A program made the position numbers and the translations under genes. A DNA stretch of 64,000 nt from Roseibacillus sp. GTDB taxonomy: Bacteria; Verrucomicrobiota; Verrucomicrobiia; Verrucomicrobiales; Akkermansiaceae. The notes beneath the pieces are model-generated. The model did not search any database. It was given only the letters and a program-made list of their open reading frames with translations, and was not told the origin of the DNA. Shown piece after piece: positions 8,725-19,428 of this stretch. Position 1 is the first letter of the stretch. Each line of letters starts with the position of its first letter. The stretch spans positions 1,312,001 through 1,376,000 of the forward strand of contig JBPOGI010000001.1 of NCBI GenBank assembly GCA_051251855.1, read 5' to 3'.

Positions 8725-11700
8725 ACCCTTCCATCGAATTCACCTCAGCTAGCGCGGGTTCCGGCAAAACCTATCGCCTTGTCGAGATCGTCTCGGAGGC
8801 CATCCTCGACGGCTCTGCACGCCCCCAAGGCATCGTCGCCACGACCTTCACGGTGGCCGCCGCCAATGAACTCCGGGAACGACTCAGCGCAAAGTTTTAC
8901 GAGACAGACCGCCACACCGATGCCGTCCTCCTCCGCTCGGGGATGATTGGCACGGTCCACGGTATTTGTCTTGATCTCCTGTCCCGGTTCTCCCTTGAGG
9001 CTGGCCTCTCGCCCGAGGTCACCATTCTCGACGACAATCAATCCAAGGAACTTCTCTCCCGTGCCTTCGACGCCATTCTAACCGGAGACGACGAGCAACA
9101 GCTCTATCAACTTTCGAAGCGGCTCTCCCAGGTCGACCCTCAGTCGAGCACCCACAACTTCCATTCGGTCATTCCCAGCATCGTCAATAATGCGCGGAGC
9201 AACGACATCGATCCCACAGACCTCCCCAAGACCGGGAAAGACAGTTGGGAGGAAATGAAAGCCGCGCTTCCTGCTCCAAGCAAAGATGATCTGGACAAGG
9301 AACTTGCAGACGCGATCAAGTGCGCCCTGAAAGAACTCGACCCGAACGCCAAGGCCAATGTTGTTCAAACCTACCGCCAACTCCTTCAGCAATGCTTGCG
9401 CGCTCTTGATAACGAAGGGCTCGATTGGTCGCACTGGAACAAACTCACCACTGCTAGCCCGGGCAAGGCTCAGGCTAATCTAGCCATCGCGCTCCCAGTT
9501 CAGGAGGCGGCCTCCCGTCTCGGTGAACACCCACGCTTTCACGAGGATCAAAAAAGCTACCTGAGTCTCCTTTTCAAAAAGGCTCAGCATCTCGCCGAGA
9601 GCTTTGGGCAACTCAAACGTGAACGCGGCGTAGCGGACTTCGCCGATCTCGAGAAAGAAGCGCTCGACCTGCTCACGAACTCGGAAGAAGTTCGCTCTAT
9701 CCTCAGCGCGGAGATCGACCTCCTCGTTGTCGATGAATTCCAGGACACAAGCCCCATCCAGCTCGCCCTCTTTTCTCGTCTTGCGGAGTGCGCCAAGCGC
9801 GTCGTCTGGGTTGGTGATGTCAAGCAAGCCATCTATGGTTTTCGTGGTTCCGATCCCGAACTCATCATCTCTGCCGTGGCCGGCGCGACAAAGACGCCTC
9901 CTCTCGATCTTTCTTGGCGCTCGGCTCCCGACCTCGTGCATTTCGTTAATGGATTTTTTGCCAAGCCCTTCGAAGAGAGCCTCGGCCTCCCACCAGAAGA
10001 AGTCACCCTCACCCCCCATCGCGAAACTCACGCCGAGGCCTCTCCTGCGCTGCGTATCGCCAAGGTCACCAGCGGCGAACAGACGGCAAAGGGACTTCCG
10101 AAAAAAACCAAAAACGAACACCGTATCGCTGCCACCGCCGACGCCATTCAGGTCTTTCTCGACTCCGACGAAAAGGTCATCGACAAGAATTCGATCACCC
10201 CACAAGACCCAGTTGGGAGCCTCCGCCCCGTCACCCCTCGCGATCTCGCCATCCTGGTCCGCACGGGTAAGAACGCCAGTGATCTGGCCGACGATCTGCG
10301 CGCCCGGGGAATCGACGTCTCGCTTTCCACCTCCGGACTCCTTACCACTCCGGAGTGCCAACTCGCTCTCGCCTGTCTTCGCGTTCTCGTTGATTCTCGC
10401 GACTCCCTCGCCTCCGCAGAAGTCATCGCCCTTGAGGCGAGTCATGCGCCCGAATCGTGGCTCAGTGATCGCTTCGAATACCTCAAGCAGAGAGCCGAGA
10501 ATCCTCCCGGGGAATCCTCGAAAGCATGGGGGCGCAAGGGCACAGTCTCCTCCCCAAGTATCGACGCCCTTCTCACAATCCGGGACGAACACAACCTAGC
10601 GACCCTGAGCCCACTCGCTCTCTACGATCTTGCTCATACCGCAGCCGATGTCCCCTCGCTCGCCTCAGCATGGGGCCCCACCCAACAACGCGCTGAGCAG
10701 CGCTTTGCCAATCTCTCCCGCCTCCGCGAGCTTGTGCAAGAATACCAAACCGCAGCTCATTCCAGCGCAGCCCCCGCAACCCTCAATGGACTCTTCGTTT
10801 GGCTAGATGACCTCGCCGATGACTTTGGTTCCAAGGAAGCCAAAGACAAGAGACCCATCGATCCGGAGATCGACTCTGTCCATATTGGCACCTACCACGG
10901 AGCAAAAGGCCTCGAATGGCCGGTGGTCTTTGCCTGCGACCTTGATTCCAAGACCCGCTCCCGTCTCTTCACTCTTCGCCAACTCAGTGAGTCCGCGAAA
11001 CTCGATTTCGCGGACCCTCTTGCCGGGCGTACCCTACGCCTCTGGATCAATCCTTTTGGAAAATCCAAGTCCCAGCTTGTCGACGACCTCGAAGCCTCTC
11101 CCGTTGGGCAACAGTCCGAGCAGAATGCCCAGTCCGAGGAGCTTCGCCTTCTCTATGTCGGATTCACCCGGGCACGCGACACCCTCGTTCTTGTGAACGA
11201 CCCTGCTACCACCCCCGAATGGCTCGACTTGACCTCTGCCGGTGACTTCCTCAAGGCCGAGAACAGCCCCTTCACTCTCGGAGAACACAGCCTACCTCTC
11301 ACCACTAGCACCCAAATTTACGAGCCCTTCGTTTCGCTGCCTCCCCCGGCCCCAACGATCCAACTCCCTGTCCGCGCCCCATCCCAAACTTCCCGCTTAC
11401 CACTCCACATCACACCCTCCTCACGCGAACCGATCGCCGGGGCCATCGTCACCGAAACCATCGAGTTTGGAACAGCTCTCCAAGTCCCATCGAGAATCAA
11501 CGCCCGTGATTACGGAGATGCCATGCACCGCATCATCGCGGCAGAGATTCAAAACCCAAACCACCCAGACCGGAACCTGCGCGCCGAGCGCCTCCTCACT
11601 CACTGGGACCTTCAGGAATCCATCTCCACGGACGAAATCCTAACTACCGTCGACACCTACCGCAAATGGATTGAGGATACATTCAACCCGACTCAACAAC

Positions 11701-11990
11701 TCATCGAAGTCCCCTTCACTCACACCACTCCTGACGGGCAACAAGCAACCGGCTTCATAGACCATCTCGTAATCACCCCGGATGGTCCGATCATCATCGA
11801 CCACAAGATCTATCCCGGCCCCAAGTCGACCTGGGACGAGACCGCCCTTTCATACTCTGGACAGCTAGCCCTCTACCGCCAGTTCGTCTCCACGATCTTC
11901 CCCGGGCAAAAAGAACCCGAATGCTGGATCCACTTCGCAAGCCACGGAGCCTCTCTCAAGGTCGAGATCCCCTCGACGAGCTTATCATAG
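8721..11990 (+). CDS. AddA/RexA-like UvrD (SF1) helicase with C-terminal RecB-type nuclease
   Basis: ASAGSGKT, TFTVAAANELRERL, VDEFQDTS, VGDVKQAIYGFRG, TYHGAKGLEW, RLLYVGFTRAR; nuclease motifs GFIDHL, IIDHK and QLALY. Confidence 0.9.
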   Translation: MNPSIEFTSASAGSGKTYRLVEIVSEAILDGSARPQGIVATTFTVAAANELRERLSAKFYETDRHTDAVLLRSGMIGTVHGICLDLLSRFSLEAGLSPEVTILDDNQSKELLSRAFDAILTGDDEQQLYQLSKRLSQVDPQSSTHNFHSVIPSIVNNARSNDIDPTDLPKTGKDSWEEMKAALPAPSKDDLDKELADAIKCALKELDPNAKANVVQTYRQLLQQCLRALDNEGLDWSHWNKLTTASPGKAQANLAIALPVQEAASRLGEHPRFHEDQKSYLSLLFKKAQHLAESFGQLKRERGVADFADLEKEALDLLTNSEEVRSILSAEIDLLVVDEFQDTSPIQLALFSRLAECAKRVVWVGDVKQAIYGFRGSDPELIISAVAGATKTPPLDLSWRSAPDLVHFVNGFFAKPFEESLGLPPEEVTLTPHRETHAEASPALRIAKVTSGEQTAKGLPKKTKNEHRIAATADAIQVFLDSDEKVIDKNSITPQDPVGSLRPVTPRDLAILVRTGKNASDLADDLRARGIDVSLSTSGLLTTPECQLALACLRVLVDSRDSLASAEVIALEASHAPESWLSDRFEYLKQRAENPPGESSKAWGRKGTVSSPSIDALLTIRDEHNLATLSPLALYDLAHTAADVPSLASAWGPTQQRAEQRFANLSRLRELVQEYQTAAHSSAAPATLNGLFVWLDDLADDFGSKEAKDKRPIDPEIDSVHIGTYHGAKGLEWPVVFACDLDSKTRSRLFTLRQLSESAKLDFADPLAGRTLRLWINPFGKSKSQLVDDLEASPVGQQSEQNAQSEELRLLYVGFTRARDTLVLVNDPATTPEWLDLTSAGDFLKAENSPFTLGEHSLPLTTSTQIYEPFVSLPPPAPTIQLPVRAPSQTSRLPLHITPSSREPIAGAIVTETIEFGTALQVPSRINARDYGDAMHRIIAAEIQNPNHPDRNLRAERLLTHWDLQESISTDEILTTVDTYRKWIEDTFNPTQQLIEVPFTHTTPDGQQATGFIDHLVITPDGPIIIDHKIYPGPKSTWDETALSYSGQLALYRQFVSTIFPGQKEPECWIHFASHGASLKVEIPSTSLS

Positions 11991-12398
11991 CTACGTCTAT
12001 CGACCTCCTCTATTCATTAGGAAAACCTAGTCACCCCCGCTTCTCCTCAAAGTGCCTCTGAGGCTAAAAGACAACAAGGGACGGCACGACCTATTTCGTC
12101 GCCACGTTATCGCATTCTGCCATCAACCAGCGCATTCGAGAGCACACCATCAACGGCGAAGACCTCCTCCCCAGCCGCATCTCTCTTAGCAACGGTTTCC
12201 CCGATGCGCTATTTATTGACATTTGCTCGCCTAACCAAAAAACTTGAGACAGTAGCGTAAAAGAAAAAAGCAGAAGACGAAATCATTTTTCCTGAACACC
12301 CTCTACAATATCCAAGTTGTTTGATATATTGGAGAGTTTTGAGGAAACGTTTAAGAGTTCTACTTAAGAAGCATTAAAATTAATTAGAAAATCACTAT

Positions 12399-14075
12399 AT
12401 GGCGACGATGTTCCCTGCATACTTCCCCGACCTCAATCATGTCGACAATCCAGAATTTCAGGTCTACCAACTGCTAAGAGAACTTCCTGATAGCTTCTCT
12501 GTAATCCATTCGAAGAAGCTCAAGGGAGGCTTAAACTGTAAAGAGGAGACTGAAATTGACTTTCTCATCTTTGACGGGGGAAAAAACCTCATTTGCTTAG
12601 AGGTGAAAGGTGGCGAGATCGCCTACAATGGCTCTGAGTCTCGCTGGCATCAGAACGGGAAACCAATGAAACGTTCGCCCGACAGGCAGGCCTCCGCAGC
12701 TTGTCACGCCATTATCGAATTCCTTGGAAAAGACGCAGGCAACATCAACATAAATTGGGCACTTGCATTTCCTGATTGTAGTCGGCCTGCCGGATCGGGC
12801 CGTATACTAGAGGTCCCTGACGACCTCATCCTTGACTCAACGGCCCTTCTCAAACCGGTTGACGCCGTTCAGCGGGTTTGTCGATATAATGAGACTCATC
12901 ACGGTCGACCGGGGGTAAAACGATATCAGGCTTCGAACATTCTTGAACGCCTACTTCGTTCCGTTGGGTTTGTCACCAAAATCGGAGTCAACCTGATCCG
13001 AGACCAATCTCAACTCGTCAAGGCCACCGAGCAGCAGCTCGAGATCCTTGAGGATCTCGAATTGAACGAGAGAACCGCCGTCATGGGCTATGCGGGGACG
13101 GGCAAAACAATCATTGCAACCGAATTTGCGAAGCGGATGTCGAATTCAGGTAAACGGGTATTGCTGCTCTTCTACAATCGCATGGTGGCAAACTCAGTCC
13201 GCTACGGACTCGGTCGAGAATCCCCTATCGACTGCGCTACCTTCCATAGCCTCGCACGAAGAGAAATCGAGGCCAGCGAGAAGAGCTGGTGGAAAGCCAA
13301 CGTAAAGAAAGACGATCCCGAGTTCTGGGAAACCGAAGTTCCGCTCAAAATGCTCGAGGTGCTCGAGTCGAAAACGCCAGCCTACGACACAATCATTGTA
13401 GATGAGGGGCAGGACTTTAAGGCCGAATGGTTCGAGACGCTTGAAAGGCTTCTCGTTCGAAATGACAGCAGCCGTTGCGTTGTTTTCTATGATGACAATC
13501 AAGACATTTTTGGCCGATGGAACAATCTCCCCTGGGAGCCAAACACTTACACCCGCAAACGACTGAAGAAAAACTGCCGAAACACCAAGGCGATTATTGA
13601 TTACCTCAATTTGGTCATACCCTCCGAGATGATAGGATTCGCAAACTCTCCGGCTGGCCAACCTGTCCTCCTCAAAGAGCCCCCCAATCAGAATGAGGAG
13701 AGTAAACTGATCAAAAATGATATCGCCTTATTTCTGAAAGAAGGTGTAGAGCCCGGAAAGATCGTGATTCTCATCAATGACTCACTTGCTGAAAGCGCTG
13801 TCTCCTCGATCCAAAAAATTGGGCGTCACGCAGTCGAATGGATGGGTAGGACATACCGCCGCGACTCATCTGTAATCCAAGTTACTAATATTGAAAACTT
13901 TAAGGGACTGGAAGCTGACGTCCTACTTATTTCAGGGCTAACACCACAGGATGCAAAAACCGCGCCGGAAAAGCTCTATACTCAGGCGTCAAGAGCCCGC
14001 TTATATTTATCCATTTATTGCTCAGCCTCTGACAAGCCAGAATCCCGCACCCACATCAACAATCGACAACTGTAA
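12399..14075 (+). CDS. NERD nuclease domain plus SF1-like helicase/ATPase
   Basis: NERD motif EIDFLIF...CLEVKGG; Walker A GYAGTGKT; IVDEGQDF; NCRNT; FKGLE; YTQASRA. Confidence 0.88.
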   Translation: MATMFPAYFPDLNHVDNPEFQVYQLLRELPDSFSVIHSKKLKGGLNCKEETEIDFLIFDGGKNLICLEVKGGEIAYNGSESRWHQNGKPMKRSPDRQASAACHAIIEFLGKDAGNININWALAFPDCSRPAGSGRILEVPDDLILDSTALLKPVDAVQRVCRYNETHHGRPGVKRYQASNILERLLRSVGFVTKIGVNLIRDQSQLVKATEQQLEILEDLELNERTAVMGYAGTGKTIIATEFAKRMSNSGKRVLLLFYNRMVANSVRYGLGRESPIDCATFHSLARREIEASEKSWWKANVKKDDPEFWETEVPLKMLEVLESKTPAYDTIIVDEGQDFKAEWFETLERLLVRNDSSRCVVFYDDNQDIFGRWNNLPWEPNTYTRKRLKKNCRNTKAIIDYLNLVIPSEMIGFANSPAGQPVLLKEPPNQNEESKLIKNDIALFLKEGVEPGKIVILINDSLAESAVSSIQKIGRHAVEWMGRTYRRDSSVIQVTNIENFKGLEADVLLISGLTPQDAKTAPEKLYTQASRARLYLSIYCSASDKPESRTHINNRQL

Positions 14076-14218
14076 AAACGAGCCCATGAGCGCTTGAGTT
14101 GACCACCGTCGCAGTGATAAAATAAAATTAAACTAGTGGAAGATGTAGTAGGAAACCTCCCCTTCCGCTACAGATTTTATAGCCTTCTTTTTCTAAAGGA
14201 TCGGCTCGTCTCCAGGAC

Positions 14219-15175
14219 TCATTCCTCGTAGAGCGATGACCTGATCACTTGACTCTTAGCGCCCGGAACTGACCAAGAAACATCATCGAAGCAATAAGCT
14301 AACCACGGATAAAGGCGGGCTATAGCATCCTTAATTTCAAACCGATAAGGCAGCGGGACATCTTGCGCATTTTCATGAACAAATGCAGTAACTGCTCCGA
14401 AGTTCATTGATGGCCTACTTCGTATTTTCTCCACAATACGCTTCACAAAAAGTTGACTCTGGAAAGCCTGCATCGAGATCTCTTCAAAGTCTTCTTTTAG
14501 CAGATCACTCTCAGAGAGCTTGAGGCTTCCGATATCATGCAACATTTGAGGGCACATTTCATGGCCCTTAAGATAACTGGAAACGGCATCAAAGAAGGCT
14601 CGGGGACTCTCCGAAGCGGGCAGATCAGAAACCCTGAATTCCTTCTCCTCCATTGGGGGAAGAACGAGATTTCCGATAAACTGTGGGTCAACTTGAGATT
14701 CGTCGATCGCCCTCTGGTATGCCTCCACTACTTCTTTAGTTACTCTCCTGCTCTCATCGCAAAGACGACGGATATGACCGTAAGAATTGAAATCTAATGG
14801 ACTTAAAACCCCCATCTCCTCGTTGTAGGAATCACTCAATGAGAGCCCTTTATCCGTAATATTCGAACTCCCTGAATAGGCGAGACCTGATGAAAATTCA
14901 AAGAGCTTGAGATGAATCTTCGAATGTTGATACAACGGAATTTTTCTCTCCTTTAAGACGTCAAAAATCCCCAGATCAGAAGCACCTGCAAGAAGGTCCT
15001 CAACTTTCCACCTCACAACTAAGCGAGCGCTTTTAACAGGAAAAGTATCAAGAAACTCCTCTAGCGCACCACTCCTGATGAAGGGAGAAAAGGCAAGAAC
15101 CAGGGACTCATCTGCTGAAATATTAACTTTAAGATTTTTTAAGATCGGAGGCCAAATTGAGGGAAAACTGGACAT
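14219..15175 (-). CDS. Phospholipase D-family nuclease (single HxK motif)
   Basis: AFSPFI...IHLKLFEF...YSGSSNIT...NEEMG, the typical PLD/Nuc-type restriction nuclease domain, followed by a C-terminal domain of unknown function. Confidence 0.8.
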   Translation of the reverse strand: MSSFPSIWPPILKNLKVNISADESLVLAFSPFIRSGALEEFLDTFPVKSARLVVRWKVEDLLAGASDLGIFDVLKERKIPLYQHSKIHLKLFEFSSGLAYSGSSNITDKGLSLSDSYNEEMGVLSPLDFNSYGHIRRLCDESRRVTKEVVEAYQRAIDESQVDPQFIGNLVLPPMEEKEFRVSDLPASESPRAFFDAVSSYLKGHEMCPQMLHDIGSLKLSESDLLKEDFEEISMQAFQSQLFVKRIVEKIRSRPSMNFGAVTAFVHENAQDVPLPYRFEIKDAIARLYPWLAYCFDDVSWSVPGAKSQVIRSSLYEE

Positions 15176-15181
15176 ACGCCC

Positions 15182-16999
15182 TTACTTAAGACTCCCTTGA
15201 TACGCTTCGATCATATCGCTAACGCCTTTGCCCCACTTCATCCGCAAACTTTCATAATGTTTACGATCATCGTCGGTTATCCCCAAAGTGTCTTCGAGAC
15301 GAGCCCATGAGGCGAAGATTAATTTCAAACAATCAAATCCTATTCCCTCCTTCTCTTCAAGCTCTTCAATAAAAGCAGAATAAGCAGGATGCAACTTATT
15401 GATAGTAACTTTTAGTTTTCCAGCTGGGGTAGACACGTCGAAAATCACATCGCTCGCTCTGATGGGAGCTGAATTAAAAATATACTTCTCCCCTGCTAAC
15501 CACTCATTGAGTATAACCTCTTTATCTTCTTCAGCCGTATCTGAATCGTCCATTTCAAGCTCATCAGTAAGCTCCCTCTTTTTCTGAGCATCGGAAAGCT
15601 CAGCTGCTTTTTTATCGCTTACCCCTTCCTCGCCATCATGTTTAGCGGTCTTTGACGCTGCTGAAGCCGCTCGATCAGTTTCCTTGACTTTCTTTGCTTT
15701 CTTAACTCCGACAGTCTGTGACTTAATCGAGTTACGAATCCCACTTAAGAGTCTACGAATCTCATCGCAAATTTGGATAATGGGAAGCCTGGGATCGTCT
15801 TCAGACTCCATTTCCATTTCAAGTTGGGCAGCCTCAACGTCCTCGTCTTGTGCAATTTCACCTAAGCTGAGATTAGAAAATGCAGTGGCAGACTGCTTGT
15901 TGTTTGTCACACCAAAAACTTCGTCTAGGCCAGGCTCAAAGGCTACTTCGATACCCCACCATCGCTCAGTAGGATTATATGAATTTTCGAAGGATCTATT
16001 TAACTCTAGCTCTCGACCAGCTCTCAGAATTGAGACACCCTGATTCTTAGCAGCATGCTTTCCAAGAGGAGTTGATCCTGCAGGTAGATTAAGAGCATCG
16101 CAAGCCCGTCTAAAATCCTCTCTAGCTTCTGAAGCTTTAATTACCACCTCATGTTCTTGTCCACCCCAATTTATTTTTAAGGTTTTCGAGTCTCCGTATT
16201 GGACAAATTGAGCCTGCTTTTTATATCTGAAAGTCTCGTCTCCAACCTCGATTGACTCAGGAGCCTGCGTTCCCGTCATGAGATAAAGAGGGTCGTTAGG
16301 CTTACAGAAAGATTCGGTAAACGTCTCGTCTCCACCACTTTCAAGATATGCTGCGAGCCTAATCGTACAGGTCCCATCGTTAAGAAAGTAACGATACATT
16401 CTCCCCACAATAGCTGCAGTGTTAGCAAAAAAGGCCCGGCTTCGCCCCCACTTCATTCGATCAAGACGACTCCAAACTACCAATGTTCCGTGTTCCTCAA
16501 GCTTAGACTTTATTCGGCTTTTCCACTTTTCGGGAATTCCATCTACCTTTTCGGGAACTGGAACTTCATCCTTACCATCAATAATTTCATTTATATCTAG
16601 GTGAGAATGATGAACAGCGCCATCTCGCCAAGACCACACGTCAACCCTCTGACATTGAGAGACCGAGGAGTTGGGAAGCCCCATGCCAAACTTGCCCATG
16701 CCGATCTCAGCATCTAAATTAGTTCCTTGGGCAAACGCGAGAGACAGTTCCAAAGTTTCAGCGTCCATTCCACATCCATTATCGTAAACAGCAATCTCTT
16801 TTATTTTTTTGGAAGACCTGCGAGTTATGATAGTTTCTTCTTCAAGACAAATCAGCTCTACATCGATATTTTTTTCAGTTTTAAGTCCAGCCTGAATGCT
16901 GTTATCGATTATTTCGGCTATAGCATGAGCGGCATCTTTGTAGCCACTGTCACGCATCGCCTTTACGGTTAGCCCAGAAGTGAAATATTTTTTTGGCAT
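15182..16999 (-). CDS. MORC-like GHKL ATPase
   Basis: AIAEIIDNSIQA (N box), YDNGCGM (G1), GKFGMGL (G2), HGTLVVW, and S5-like GVSILRAGREL...LDEVFGVTNNKQ. The C-terminus is charged and coiled-coil-like. Confidence 0.88.
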   Translation of the reverse strand: MPKKYFTSGLTVKAMRDSGYKDAAHAIAEIIDNSIQAGLKTEKNIDVELICLEEETIITRRSSKKIKEIAVYDNGCGMDAETLELSLAFAQGTNLDAEIGMGKFGMGLPNSSVSQCQRVDVWSWRDGAVHHSHLDINEIIDGKDEVPVPEKVDGIPEKWKSRIKSKLEEHGTLVVWSRLDRMKWGRSRAFFANTAAIVGRMYRYFLNDGTCTIRLAAYLESGGDETFTESFCKPNDPLYLMTGTQAPESIEVGDETFRYKKQAQFVQYGDSKTLKINWGGQEHEVVIKASEAREDFRRACDALNLPAGSTPLGKHAAKNQGVSILRAGRELELNRSFENSYNPTERWWGIEVAFEPGLDEVFGVTNNKQSATAFSNLSLGEIAQDEDVEAAQLEMEMESEDDPRLPIIQICDEIRRLLSGIRNSIKSQTVGVKKAKKVKETDRAASAASKTAKHDGEEGVSDKKAAELSDAQKKRELTDELEMDDSDTAEEDKEVILNEWLAGEKYIFNSAPIRASDVIFDVSTPAGKLKVTINKLHPAYSAFIEELEEKEGIGFDCLKLIFASWARLEDTLGITDDDRKHYESLRMKWGKGVSDMIEAYQGSLK

Positions 17000-17011
17000 T
17001 ATGTGTATGTG

Positions 17012-18631
17012 TTAAAAATGAGAATTCCAGTGATTGAAACTTTCCGCAATACTGGTGAATGCAGGAAGATCACTATCGATAACAGTATGGACTTCACAGC
17101 TTTTCGTCCCATTCACCTTCGGACCACGTGTTGCTCTTCCAACCATCTGACTGTAAAGAGACAAGGAAGTAGTAGGACGAGTAATGATCACGGCTTGAGT
17201 CTGAGGAGCATCGAAACCGGTTGTAAGCACGCCGTAGTTAATCAAAATTTCGATTTCTCCAGATTTATATTCGGCAATGCGAGATGACCTCACCGCTCCT
17301 GGCGTCTTCCCGGTAACTAGTCCAACCTTCACCCCTTTATAAATTAAAAGAGCCGTCAGAGCCTCCGCGTGGGCAACCGAACACGCAAAGAGAATGGTTG
17401 GTAGCCCTCTTGCTATAACATCCAAAGTTCTCAAGATAATTTCGAAGTTTCGCTTAGTATCTTCCCCAAGCCGCTCCAGCATTTTAGGAGTAAAATCCTC
17501 TCCAATATCTAGCCGTTCTAGCTCGGATGAAGAAAAAAATAAATCAGATTTAGCCAACTTGAGGGGCCTGTATTCGACAAAAGACAAGTAACCTTCGGCT
17601 TGAAGAAATTGGATAGGTGAATCGAAGCCTTTAACCTCGAGCATTACCTTATTTTTATTGAAATATTGAGCAAATTTTGCATTTTCTTCTTCGTTCTCAG
17701 TAGATCTTCCCGGGGTAGCGGAAAGACCCAATAGGGATGCACTAAAAGCAGTGAGGTGTGTAACAACTGAATCGTAGGTAGGAGCCAAGATGCGATGCGC
17801 CTCATCAAAAACTACTAACGATGAATAAGAAAGAATTTGGTTTCTTTGAATCTGGTCCTTGAACGCCGCGTTCAACTTTTGCAAGCTAGCTACGACAATG
17901 CCAGGCTGAAGGTCGCTTAGAGGACAGGAGTAAGCGCCGTACAAACGAGTGAGTCTCTTTGGAGCCATCCCCAGAGCAGACCAGGCTTTATCAAATTCTT
18001 CAGCTGCTTGCGAACAAAGCTCCTCCGTATCAGCCAACCAGAATACAATCTTCTCGTCTCCCGATCTAATTTCATCATTAAGATGCTGGCAAATGATGCG
18101 CATCGCTGTCCGAGTCTTACCTGACCCGGTTGGCATGTGTAAAAGCGTTCGACCACCTTTTCTCAACAGTGCAGTTACTTTCTCGGCGGCATGCATCTGA
18201 TGCTCGAAGAGAGCGTATTTTGGAGAAATCAGCTCAGATTGCTCACACAGGTCTACTGCTTCTCTTTCCTCATAAACAGGCTTTATCAAACCAAAGAACT
18301 CTAACAACTGATCCTCTAAAGAAGAATCGTAGTTTAGCGCTACAGCCGTTTCCCAAGGATCATCTCCCTTGTCCACATTTACGGCCTCAAGAAAGGCCAC
18401 TACTTCACTCTCATCAAAATGACGTAATACACATCGTCTTCCCTTTTTGTCGAGGAGGATCCCTTCTGGCGTGTAGACATCACACAAGCATTGAGCCAGT
18501 TGAAGCTTATTCGTTTCGCCGCCAGAAACGTTTATCAGTGCGATGACCGCTGGAGAGACGAAAGTTTCGAAGTCTTCCATCCCGGCACGGGACAAAACTC
18601 TCGACAACTTTAAAGGTGACATATCGCGCAT
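17012..18631 (-). CDS. SF2 DEAH-box helicase (restriction-associated type)
   Basis: LFEHQ, HMPTGSGKT, FDEAH, LSATPGR, VLTTGFDAP, QMVGRATRG. The start overlaps the PAPS-reductase stop. Confidence 0.92.
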   Translation of the reverse strand: MRDMSPLKLSRVLSRAGMEDFETFVSPAVIALINVSGGETNKLQLAQCLCDVYTPEGILLDKKGRRCVLRHFDESEVVAFLEAVNVDKGDDPWETAVALNYDSSLEDQLLEFFGLIKPVYEEREAVDLCEQSELISPKYALFEHQMHAAEKVTALLRKGGRTLLHMPTGSGKTRTAMRIICQHLNDEIRSGDEKIVFWLADTEELCSQAAEEFDKAWSALGMAPKRLTRLYGAYSCPLSDLQPGIVVASLQKLNAAFKDQIQRNQILSYSSLVVFDEAHRILAPTYDSVVTHLTAFSASLLGLSATPGRSTENEEENAKFAQYFNKNKVMLEVKGFDSPIQFLQAEGYLSFVEYRPLKLAKSDLFFSSSELERLDIGEDFTPKMLERLGEDTKRNFEIILRTLDVIARGLPTILFACSVAHAEALTALLIYKGVKVGLVTGKTPGAVRSSRIAEYKSGEIEILINYGVLTTGFDAPQTQAVIITRPTTSLSLYSQMVGRATRGPKVNGTKSCEVHTVIDSDLPAFTSIAESFNHWNSHF

Positions 18632-19428
18632 CCGTTCGTTTCGTCCACTGGTTGGATTGACTTCTTTTTCCCGGCAACAACTTGGTCTAAGGTTTTTCCG
18701 TCCACCCAGGTAAATTGCCTATCTCCGATCTTTTTTTCGTATTCCTTGGCCTTCTCAAATAAATCTGGGTGATGTTTTTTCAGATTTTGCCATTCTCCAA
18801 TCTGTTGATAAAAGCAAAAATAGCATCCTGAACGCGACCTCCAATCATAGTAGGATGGCCATCCCAAGCCCGTTTCTTCAAGGATGTCTCTTACTCCATC
18901 GATTCCAATCTCAGCATCTCTAAATGGGTAAACCGCCTGGATTGTGGGCTTCTGCGAAAACACAGGGGGCTTTTTCCCCTTGTAGCCCTCACGGTCTTCA
19001 TCGCCTCTAATCCCGATATAGGAAATCGCGGTTGAGCCTTCTAGATGTTTCTCGAGAGGCTTAATTTTTAAGGTTCCGGTGCACCACCGTGAACGAGCAC
19101 TCGGAAGGTAATTTGACCAAATCTCAGTCAGAAAAATATCGAAAGGATTACGGTCCTTTTCTTCGATATTCAGGTAATTGAAAGCATTGATTCTCTCGAT
19201 CTTTTTTCCGAGAAGACGCTCTAATTTCTCAAGGAAATCGTAGGTCTCAGGGAGTTCGCACTTGGTGTCACAAAAGACATACTCTGCAGGAATCTGAGGA
19301 AAGTTGAGTTTGAGATACAATGCAAGTGCGGCGGAATCCTTACCACCACTTATGTTGACGATGTGTCTTCTTTCAGAATCTTCCGTAATCGCCGCTAAGG
19401 CTTCTTCCATGGATATCATTGTACTCAT
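18610..19428 (-). CDS. sspD: PAPS-reductase-family protein, SspD/DndC-like phosphorothioation enzyme
   Basis: PP-loop ISGGKDS, CDTKCELPETY, RWCTGTLKIKP, RSGCYFC, C-terminal CAICHL. It follows the DUF4007 and ATPase genes. Confidence 0.8.
   Translation of the reverse strand: MSTMISMEEALAAITEDSERRHIVNISGGKDSAALALYLKLNFPQIPAEYVFCDTKCELPETYDFLEKLERLLGKKIERINAFNYLNIEEKDRNPFDIFLTEIWSNYLPSARSRWCTGTLKIKPLEKHLEGSTAISYIGIRGDEDREGYKGKKPPVFSQKPTIQAVYPFRDAEIGIDGVRDILEETGLGWPSYYDWRSRSGCYFCFYQQIGEWQNLKKHHPDLFEKAKEYEKKIGDRQFTWVDGKTLDQVVAGKKKSIQPVDETNGCAICHL

Noticed and set aside
9480..10599. Long alternative ORFs (370 aa minus, 290 aa plus) inside the UvrD gene
   Set aside because: Shadow frames of a strongly codon-biased gene, with no recognisable motifs.
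12080..12247. Coding-like fragment DGTTYFVATLSHSAINQRIREHTINGEDLL...
   Set aside because: No start codon and no assignable family. Possibly a gene remnant, but unsupported.
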